Positions 1 to 9,500 of a stretch of DNA of 64,000 nucleotides are shown piece by piece. Numbering within the stretch: the stretch's first letter is position 1; each line of letters starts with the position of its first letter. The stretch is from Podarcis filfolensis. Lineage: Eukaryota. The DNA is taken from NCBI GenBank assembly GCA_964270895.1, contig OZ185436.1. The stretch is one strand, 5' to 3'. A program made the translations under genes and the position numbers. Below the pieces are notes generated by a model. The model had not been told where the DNA came from, made no database searches, and saw only the letters and a list, made by a program, of their open reading frames with translations.

Positions 1-1110
1 ACATACTTACGGCAATCACGTACCCTTAAAGGGAGCAGCGAAGCAGCTCTTACGGAAACGGCGTAGCCACCATAAGCCTTCCACACCACCTACCGCAATC
101 CGCGTAACCGTGCGAAATAGCGAGCTACATCTTGTTCCCGATTAACCCACTGTGAAACTTAGCCGTCCACCGCGAAAATGCAGAGGGGAGTGGGGTGGGA
201 GAAGTTGCCCTGCTCACGCGCGGGCACGGGACACCAGAGACACTAGGCAGCGTAGGCTGAGGAGGCTCGCGTAAGACCTTTGCGCAATAGGCCTCGACGC
301 AAAAAGCGTAAGTCGCCTGACGCAACGGTCACATTACGCAATGCGGGTTACGCCGACAAGACAACGTAACTGAACAAGGAGAATACCAACCCCCGCAGCC
401 TCTCCCGGCCCGGCCCAGCTCTTACCTGACGGCGGGCGGAGAGCCGGAGAAGGCCGCGTTGTCACCAGCCTCCTACCAGACCAAATCCAGCAAGGCCCTG
501 AGTGAAGGGGAAGCGCCGCACTCCGTAGGGAGGGTCGGGGACCACGGCGAACAGACCAGGGCAGAGAGCGACGGGCAGCGGGACCAGCAACGGCGGGGCT
601 GCACTGACCTCACCACGCAGCGCGTTACGTCACCACGCAACAAGCCACGCCTCGCGCAGGGCACAGGACTTCGAATCCAAGGTTCCCTTACCTCACGGCC
701 ACGCCCCTTCGAGTAAGGAGCCCTCCGAGTGGGCGCCGGGAGGAGCGCTTCTCAGTCCCGCCAGGGAGACGGCGCGTGAGGGGTATCGTAAGGCAAGCGG
801 GAGAGGGAAGGAAGCTGCGCCGCCGCCGCCTCGCAAGAGAATGATGGTGCTTGGGAGATGGGACTTACCGCCCCACGAAGGTGCTGCTTGCTCTTTGAAG
901 AACGTAGGAACTGCCGCTTATCTCCAGTCCTTTCCCCCGCGCGCCCAGCACAGATTCCCGGAAACGTGACAGAACAAACTTTGCTCGTTAGAATGCACCA
1001 CATCCCCGTTTCTGATCTCGCCAGCGGGCCCAATCCGACCCCGCGGATAAATTTGCTACTGCCAACAGTCAGGCAATTAATTGCCCACGAAAGCGTTTAG
1101 GAAAGACTAC
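1..1110 (-). promoter_or_regulatory. CpG island / 5' end of a minus-strand gene lying left of the window (probably BRD4 by synteny)
   Basis: Dense CpG; CCAAT at 1031-1035; minus-strand splice donors after 426 (CAG|gtaaga), 692 (GAG|gtaagg), 869 (GCG|gtaagt) and 11 (GCC|gtaagt). BRD4 identity is only inferred from the human order BRD4-AKAP8-AKAP8L-WIZ. Confidence 0.6.
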
Positions 1111-1185
1111 CATCGTGTCACATAGCTCTCCTGCTTGTTAGTCCGCTGACCGGGTTACTTTTGAGCTCTAAGGCTGTTGGTGCTC

Positions 1186-1204
1186 GATGATGATGATGAT
1201 GATG

Positions 1205-1248
<44 letters not shown>
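1186..1248. repeat. Compound microsatellite (GAT)7(AAT)14
   Basis: Read directly; produces the spurious poly-M/I and poly-Y/H ORFs. Confidence 0.97.
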
Positions 1249-1249
<1 letters not shown>

Positions 1250-1792
1250 TTCCTCGGGGCTGGGAATTCTGTGGCGCTTCACTCTGCCCAGTTGCACGCA
1301 TGGGAATGCGGCGCTATGACACGTAGAATATACCAGCCTTTCAGACAAAAGCAAGCCCTTGGTGCACCACCAGTCCCGAAAAAGATGCTAAATACACAAT
1401 GGAAAAGGCGACGGGGACCAGTTTCTTCTCTACAAAACAACCCCCAGTGGGAACCTCATTCGCAGAATAAGCTAGGCCCTTGCTCTTCCCAGCTCGTCAG
1501 TATTCTTTCAGCAGACCGGAAAGGAAGATTATAGAAGAGGGAGCCTTTGTTCACCTACTGGAGCAGAGGACTTGGATCGTAAACTTTAAGGTGCCTTTAA
1601 GGTGGAAGCACATCGGAAAGAACCCTATCTATTTTATACTTGGTATTTCTCATGCATATATATGGGTGGGGGAAGAGAAGGCTCGACTTTTAAGCAGGTC
1701 AATCGTTCAGCACTCCCTTTCGTCCACATATTCTGAAGCAGGAGGTCAATGATACCTATAAAAACACAGGCACACCTAAGCATAGCCTTAGT

Positions 1793-2105
1793 TAAAGGTA
1801 AAGGTAAGGTAAAGGACCCCTGGACAGTTAAGTCTAGTCAAAGGCGACTATGGGCTGCAATGCTCACCTTGCTTTCAGGCCGAGGGAGCTGGCGTTTGTC
1901 CACAGACAGCTTTCTGGGTCATGTGGCCAGCATGACCAAACCACTTGTGGCACAATAGGACACCGTGACAAGTGCCAGAGCACACTGAAATGCCATTTAC
2001 CTTCCCTCTGCAGGGGTACCTACTTGCACTGGTATGCTTTCAAACTGCTAGGTTGGCAGAAGCTGCAACAGAGCAATGGGAGCTCACCCCATCATACGGA
2101 TTCAA
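1793..2105 (-). mobile_element. Sauria SINE
   Basis: (AAAGGT)n on + = (ACCTTT)n 3' tail, plus the family body (gggtcatgtggccagcatgac, tttaccttccc, tgctttcaaactgctaggttggcag, gggagctcacccc). Confidence 0.9.
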
Positions 2106-2496
2106 GTTTTAGTACCCTCAAAAAGCGCAGTTCATCTTACTTGTTGTAATAACTATTAAATGAATGGAAACTTCCCAGCTGCCGTCCTCGTGTAATAGGA
2201 CATGTGGTGGACAGTGAGAAACATTTAATAGGAAACAGAACAGTGGCCAATTAGTAGCAGGAGAAGATCACAAGGTTGCCTATGAACTGTTAAAAGTATT
2301 GCTAGCTTTAGAAATGGGATGACCTTCTGCGTAATTCAAGAAAGGTGGCATCTGGGCTGCTTTCCAAACTACAACTACAGCAGTCAGCAGCTATATCTTA
2401 TGCAAAGGAAAGTGGCAGCTTACGACAAAACCCAGAAGTTACTTCGGCATTTAAAACATTTGGGCTGCTTTCCTACATCCAGTTACTTGAGAGTAA

Positions 2497-2851
2497 GGTG
2501 AAGTAGTGGTTAGAGTGTTAATAGTGCTATTTTTCTATATATAAAAAAGAGGTGCTTGAACTTGCCACGAACGCCTCCCTTGTTTCTCTTATAATAGCAA
2601 TGGCGCCCACCTGAGAGGTGCTGGAACTGAGTTCTGGCTGGGGAAAAAAGCTCTGTCAGATTAGGACCAGGTTTTAAGTCCCAACTCGGCCAAAAATGTG
2701 TGCAGCAGTAGCACACTCACCAAACTGAGTGACCTTTGGCCAGTCACTGTCTTGACCCAACTATCTCACAGGGCTGTTGGAAAGATGAAATGGGGAAGAA
2801 GAAAACCTTGAGCTCCTTGGAGGAAAGGAGAGATCTAAATGCAATAAATAA
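2497..2851 (+). mobile_element. tRNA-derived squamate SINE interrupted by a MITE
   Basis: Head gtggttagagtg (2506-2517), B-box-like ggttttaagtccc (2670-2682), body gtgacctttggccagtcact...ctcacagggctgttg, tail aataaataa. Confidence 0.7.
2522..2655. mobile_element. MITE-like element nested in the SINE head
   Basis: Imperfect terminal inverted repeats tagtgctatttttc / gaaaaaagctctg and internal gaggtgc(t/c)(t/g)gaact repeats. Confidence 0.55.
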
Positions 2852-3170
2852 GCCCCATTAATTTATTTGTACCCGAGCGTACAAATAAAAGAGGAGTGTC
2901 ATGTCTACTGGTGGTGGTGGATTAGAGATAGGAATGCATATGTTAATGAGGTAGGTTATCCGTAATACTGGAATAGAACACTAATGCGCCTATCATAGGA
3001 ATTTTGGGAGCTGCCATATATTGAAGCAGATCATTAGTCCATCTAACTCAGTAATGAGTTAAGTTATGCTCACTGTGTGCTCTCCCACTTACAAATGCTC
3101 CTATATAATGGGGAAAAATGTTACCTTAGCCAGATAAGTTATGTGGGCTTTTTGTGTGTGATTTACAGTA

Positions 3171-3401
3171 CAGTGGTACCTTGGGTAAAGTACTTAATTC
3201 GTTCCGAAGGTCCGTTCTTAACCTGTAACTGTTCTTAACCTGAAGCACCACTTTAGCTAATGGGGCCTCCCGCTGCCGCAGCACGATTTCTGTTCTCATC
3301 CTGAAGCAAAGTTCTTAACCTGAAGCACTATTTCTGAGTTAGCGGAGTCTGTAACCTGAAGCGTATGTAACCTGAAGCGTCTGTAACCTGAGGTACCACT
3401 G
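3171..3401. mobile_element. Tigger/pogo-like (Tc1/mariner) MITE, subfamily A
   Basis: TIR CAGTGGTACC ... GGTACCACTG, TA on both sides, 231 bp, six TAACCTG motifs. Confidence 0.9.
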
Positions 3402-4334
3402 TAGTTGTAACTTCCCTCACATATACAAAAGTTAACTGCTAGTGAAGACCATAAATTGAAGCTTAGCATATACAGTACATGTCATAGCACCACAAAGAGA
3501 TCTTTATAACTAAACAGTCTGCAGGCAATGAGAGAACCTGGTCTGGAGTTGAGAGACTGCTTTACCCACAAGATTCTGCAATAAATTAACAGATAAATGC
3601 TAATCATTGACTACATTCAGACAAATTTTCAAATTTGTAAAGAACATGATTGAACAATTATTCTGCTCCCCCCTTTCCAGCCAGCACCTAGCTCTAATCA
3701 AACGGGTTTTTGTCATGCATGCTTCATTACTTTGATGACAAAAGCAGACCCAAGGAAAACAGAGTCTGATTTGCAATATACTGTACTATACAAAGCACAT
3801 GCCAAGGAGTGGTCCATCACAAAGGAGTAAAAGGAGTGTTCTGCTCTCAAGGAAGGAGAGGGGAACAAGTAATAGTTCATCCCAGGCAGGCCAATCGTGT
3901 ATATGCACAGGCAAGCTTAGTCTCAGTAGAGCACCAGCTGTTTTGGCAGGGACCTGTTTTAACCTGTATAACCTGCTGAGAATGTCCACTGTTCAAGGTT
4001 CAACTGCACAAAGATGATTTTGTTATAGATGCAAAAGCTGCCCTCATGGAGGTAGACTACAGGGCGGGAATTACTATTTCTTAATGTGAAGTGGGAATTG
4101 ACCGATTACACTGCTCTGGACTATGGCTGCAGTTACTTAAGGGAGGATCGCTCACTCTTCTATCTTAGCCTGATTGTCATGTAATAATTGGCAATTCCTT
4201 CATGCAACTTTCTATTGTTACCATTCATTTTATTCAGTGATAAACCATTAAAGTGCTTATTGAAAAAGAACGATTTGTGGTGAAATATAAGAATGGGAAG
4301 TTGCATGAATTCAAATAATGGTATCAATATTCAT

Positions 4335-4510
4335 ATAGGAAGCTTCCTTATACCAGGTCCAACTATTTGTCCATGTAGTACTGTGCTGCCTCCTCTGATT
4401 TGCAGCAGTCCTCCAGAGCCTTGGCTGAGACTGAACCATTTAACTGGAAATAACAGGGATTGAAGCCGGGCTGTTGTGTGTGTGAAAACACATGCTCTAC
4501 TACCAAGTGT
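4335..4510 (-). mobile_element. tRNA-derived SINE (second family), degraded
   Basis: Reverse complement has head gtagtagagcatgtgttttc, ttcaatccctg, and tail gtataaggaagcttcctat; related copies at 18564, 24115 and 52253. Confidence 0.7.
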
Positions 4511-4639
4511 CAATGCAAAGATAACTTCTAAGTAGTATCAAGTCAAAGTAGTGGGATATTCAGTTGAATGTGTCATATTCCCATCTTCTGGGAGCAACTT
4601 CCAGTTATTTGTGCTGTGTGAAGCAGTACTGAATCTTCC

Positions 4640-4960
4640 ACCATTATAACTTCATAAGGATGGCCCTGGATTCGAGTATGATGATGGATAAACTTTTCTG
4701 TCAACCTTCTCCACACTATGCATCATCTTATACACCTAAATCATACCCCAGCTTTTCTCTAAACTAAAAAGCCCTGAATGCTGCAACCTTTCCTTATGAG
4801 GACTTGGATAATTTTGGTTGTCCTTTTCTGAACTTTCCCCAGCTCTATAGTATCTTGAAATGAGGAAACCAGAACTGTATGCAGTACTCAAAATGTTGTT
4901 GCAGTTTTATTTTCAACTCATTTCCTAACAATCCCTGGTATGGAACCTTTGGTATCAGCC
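4640..4960 (-). mobile_element. CR1 LINE fragment (ORF2 3' part)
   Basis: Reverse complement matches typical CR1 ORF2 end (gttcagaaaaggacaaccaaaattatcc, ttagtttagagaaaag, gtgtggagaagg). Confidence 0.7.
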
Positions 4961-5073
4961 ACAAGCCCGACTACCTCACTGCTCACCCTGGCTCTAGATT
5001 ATCAATGAATGCTTTTGATATAGAAACTGGATTTAATATTTATTCCTCTCCTTCAACCACACAGCAGAGATAA

Positions 5074-5447
5074 TTTATTTTCCTTGCATGGTAGCTCTGG
5101 CATTAGCGAGTGTGGGATGTGTGTGTTCTAGACAGCAGTCAGTCAACTGCTCTTCTAACATGAGCAATAATGTGACCACACTGTTAAGACAGCACATGTT
5201 TTTGAGCCAACTAAATGTAAGATACCAGTTTTCAGTTTCAGAAGTTTATTTAACTGCTAAGACAAAGACCGGGGTTGTTGTTTTCTTTACAAATAGTGCT
5301 CCATTCCACTCTTAAAGCTTTAACTACGAACATCAATCCTAACACTCACAAATCTGCTTTTATTTTGCTGGTCTTGGTACTGCTTCAATACTCGCAGGGC
5401 AATATTTGGCAATTCACTCCATGAATGATACGTTTGTGATTTTTATT
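5074..5447 (-). terminator. AKAP8: Candidate AKAP8 polyadenylation signals
   Basis: Minus-strand AATAAA at 5442-5447, 5359-5364, 5245-5250 and 5074-5079; which is used cannot be told from sequence. Confidence 0.4.
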
Positions 5448-6145
5448 AAGAGGATGGAAATTCAGTGGTGGTATAACTTTTCTCCCTTAGGCTATGCCTC
5501 TGTACCAGCATAATGTACAAGCTGCAGCTTGCTAGCCAGAAAATTTGAAATAGTGCTCAGTAGAAATGATAAACCCAGTGTGATACACAATCATCTTGGT
5601 GCTTAAAAACAAGTTACAGATGCTATTTTCATGCAATATTGCAAACTGGATAAAGAAAGTAACAGTTTTCAAGGCAGCAAGTCTTTTCTTTAGGAACTTA
5701 AATGAGCAAACATTTTCACAAGCAAGAACACACACACACACTTAACTAATCTACTCCTTCATAAAGAAGAGGCCAAATTTCGTTTCCAAATTAAGCTATA
5801 TTCCTTCAATACTGAAAAATGAACACCTGGGAGGAGCTGAATGATTAACTACTTTGCTTTTTTTCAAATTGTATTGTTCATTCTACAATGAATAAGTCAT
5901 CAAACCTTTCTTGGGGAATATACAGCCTTCTAGAACAATGAAGCACAAGACTGCTTCCATAACAGAATAGATGAATTCCTTTCTTCAAATCAATAACAAA
6001 ATTGGCAGCACCCTAGAAATGCACATACAGGTACTGCACTGACATAAGATTTTTTTCCAGGGTGTATTGGGGGGGGATTATACAGCTAAGCCAGTCAAAA
6101 TCATCTTCATACAATCAATTTATACAATCATTTATATGGTCATTC

Positions 6146-6586
6146 CTATTGCAGCTCCGCATTTGCTACAATAACTGGTTCCTCCTTGGTGTCACTATTT
6201 TCAGCTGTTGCCATTTCCGTAGAGTTCCCTTCTCCCATCTTCAAATGCTCTTGTTCCTCCACTTGGCTTTCTGCTGCTCTCACTTCAAGGCTTTTTTGAG
6301 GATGGGCAGACAGTCCCTCTGTTGTTCCTACTGGCTTGATTCTCTCTTTTTCCTGCTCCTCCTCCTCTGCAGATTTATCTTCAGAAAAGGTTATAGTAGA
6401 GCAAGCTCTCTCATCCCCTTCTGGTTTAGCAGTTTCACTGACTTCAGTGGTTGTGATCTCATCTGCAGCACTCTCTTTTCTCTCTACTGCAGCACTTTCT
6501 GTAGCCTTTTCAGCTTCTGCCCCCTCTAAGGCTCCAGAGTCATCAACATCTTGGTCAACGTTTTCATCTGTAAATGGGTCCTCACC
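6146..6586 (-). CDS. AKAP8: AKAP8 exon 14 ([10 protein letters not shown]...ANAELQ*)
   Basis: Acceptor ctttgtcag|GGTGAG, phase 0, 147 codons to TAG at 6146-6148. Confidence 0.92.
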   Translation of the reverse strand, partial: GEDPFTDENVDQDVDDSGALEGAEAEKATESAAVERKESAADEITTTEVSETAKPEGDERACSTITFSEDKSAEEEEQEKERIKPVGTTEGLSAHPQKSLEVRAAESQVEEQEHLKMGEGNSTEMATAENSDTKEEPVIVANAELQ

Positions 6587-9500
6587 CTGACAAAGGGAAG
6601 CAGCATATTATTACTTACTCACAAAATTGTCTGAACCTCCCTTAGACAGCCTCATACCTAGAATGCAGAAGTTTACAACTGAGTGATTGAAATTTGAGCA
6701 CCCTCACTTCAAAGCACAATAGCCTTTCTTGCCTCAAACAACTTAACAGACTACATTTTTGCTAAATTCTTTCACATGTGCCTGCCAGCACCCTAAAGCC
6801 TGTGGTACTATTTGGAAAGCTGACAATGTGTCTGCCTCACAGGAGTAAGATTGGAATGCACTTTGCTGCAGTATATTTACTGTAGCATCAAGAGATGTAA
6901 TTCTATAATAGAAAAATCCAGTGGAATCTTAAATAATTTTCAACACACCTTTTGAGCCTTCAGCTTAGAGACAGAAACTGTTTTTAGGAAATACCCAGTT
7001 GAATCACAGCTATGAAGTGCTGAACTCTCTCGCCACACTATTCAACACTAGCAAGTCTAGATGCTGACATATGGCTATAAACCAATGATGGGTACTCATA
7101 CATTTTTGTGATCTCATTAAGCAGAACACTCTTTGTGTCCAAGAAACCTAAGGGAATGACTGTACTGGGAACCACTCATACAGCAGTCACACCAAACTCA
7201 TTCAGACTGAGGTCATGGCTTGTCACTGACCATATCAGGGCCAGTCCTCTCTTTTGCTCTTGCTAGAATTTCTGTTCTTTATTAAAGGAAACACCATATG
7301 GAAACAGCAGACACACTAGTGTTGTTCTGCTGATTCTCAAAACCAATGTCTGTCATGTACGGGGATTAAAACCATTCTCTCCCCCACCCCACCCTGCTTT
7401 TGTGGATCACTCATGGCTGACCTGCAACTGATGTACAACGGAAAGGCAGCATGCCAGTGCAGAAATCTAGCCCTTAGCCTGATCAAATTCAAGTGACAAT
7501 TTCTGAACCACAATACTCATGAGGCACATGAGTTCCAAGTTCTCTTCTGGAGTCCTGCTTTTCCATCTATATCCATGCAGTCCCAACCCACAAAAATTGG
7601 GCCAGATACAGTACTGCCAAGGATTTCTGCACCTAGCAACTAAACATTTATATTTTATGACGCAGTTGGAGACTAACTGCCTCCATGAAAGAAGATCCAT
7701 GCAGGTGAAAGACAAGTAGCGCCATCTTCTTTGACTGAAAATCAGCCAACCAGCTTTATTCACTGATGTTCTGTAGTTTCAGAGCTCTAGGCTCTACCCC
7801 GCGATTTGGATGTGTCCATTAATCGCCAATTAAAGGGGTGGGGATTCAAAGTCAAAAGCTTCCTCAGGAAGGGCAAGGTGCCAGCATCCTTTAAGGGAGG
7901 AAGTAATATGCCAATGTTCAAGAATAATTTCTTGATGCCAACTGCATCACCCTGCCTCCAGCCTTCCTTTCTTGGGGAAGGTGCTGAGAAGATTTTTGAT
8001 GGGGCAGCTCTGGCATTACCTGGAATCCTCAGATTTCCTTCACCCCTCTCAGCCTGGTTTTGCACCTGGGTATGGTACGGAGACTGTGCTGGGTGGGTCG
8101 AAGATCTCCTCCTGCTGATGGACAAAGTTCAGGTGTCCATGCTGATTCTGTTAGACCTGTCGGCAGCCTTTGATACTGTTGATCATGAGGTGTTGCTGAG
8201 GCACCTGCGGACCCTAGCAGGGGTAGACGGAGTTGCGCTTGAGTGGTTCCATTTTTTCCTCCGAGAGATCCCAGAGGGTGGCACTGGGCAACTGCTCATC
8301 TGCCCCAAGGGCTCTCTCATGCGAGCAACGCAGGGTTTATTCTGTCACCCCTCTTGTTCAACGTGTATGAGAGGCCGCTGGGGGAACACAGCCTCAGTAA
8401 ATAGGCCATCAGTGTCAACTACAAGCTGATGTGCTCAGCTTATTTTTTTTTTCACTGGACCCAGAGAGCAGAGTCTCAGTTTTACTAGTATCTGTCTAGC
8501 AGAGACTAGTTAATTGGCAGAAACTCAGTCTGGTTAAGACCGAAGTGTTGCCATAGGGACAGAGCAGACATGTAGAGGAAATGACAACATCTGCTCCCCC
8601 ATTAGTTATGCTTGCCATGAGAGGGTCCTGTTGAATCTTGGGATGCTCCTGGATTCCCAGGTATAGGAGCAGCCAAACTTGTTTCTTTTCGTCTTCACCT
8701 GGTCAGATGGCTGCAGGCTTTCCTATCAAAAGTGGAACTCACCAATTACATATGGCCATGTATGCTACATCAGCAAACCCTCAATGGTCACACAGGAGTC
8801 TCCACATGACCTGCAAATACTCATCTAGGCTACCACACTTCCCATTATTGGCTCATCACATCCCTGCTTTGGAGATAAGTGGCGTCTTTTCCATTCTCAG
8901 CAGGGGAAAAGGCTAGTTTGATTTACAGAGCCATAGTGAAATATTTTGCAGAGGCCCTGTCTCACTCATGTCATGCACTGTCCAACAGTTGAGATCAGAT
9001 CACCTGATGTCAACTTTCTCCCACATGTGATATTTGGAATAACATTGGGACTAACAAAATTTGCTTTGACTTTGGATGCTGTTCCCAAATTAATTTTCTT
9101 TAACCCGAAAACTGAAAACTCATTAGGGAAATCAGCATTACCTTTCTACTCAAGAAAGTCCACTCCATGCTGTGAGCAAGAAAAAAATGCTTTTTCTCAA
9201 CCAACCAGATAAATTTTCAAGCGGTGCTTAGGTTGGGCACAATGCTCCCCCTCAACACAGCTATATTTTATATTAGCAGAGGGTAGCCTGAGGATAGTAT
9301 TTATTTTGCTAATTAATCTAGTTGTAAGCAGCTATAAATTTCTTCTATACTGGCCACGTTAACACATCACAGTAAGCCACAGTAAATGGTTTGCCATAAA
9401 AATGCAGATCCCTAGTTTAGCATTATGCCTGAACCTGGGATTGTGGTTTGTTTCACTTCTAGCAAATCAGTGTGAATCCAAGGTTTGTTCTTGGTTTCCT

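Noticed and set aside
1118-1534. Poly-Met/Ile and poly-Tyr/His ORFs
   Set aside because: Translations of the (GAT)n(AAT)n microsatellite.
3340-3395. Short regularly spaced direct repeats suggestive of a CRISPR-like array
   Set aside because: 16-bp units without spacers inside a eukaryotic MITE.
6062-6590. + strand ORFs rich in Ser/Phe/Leu (also 29294-29740, 39866-40316, 58750-59049)
   Set aside because: Antisense shadows of real minus-strand exons.
7411-7470. 45-nt open minus-strand segment in AKAP8 intron 13 as a possible extra exon that might supply an RII helix
   Set aside because: Acceptor lacks a pyrimidine tract and the peptide ([15 protein letters not shown]) has no recognised homology.
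7806-8429. 207-aa ORF as a host gene
   Set aside because: L2 reverse-transcriptase remnant with frameshifted flanks.
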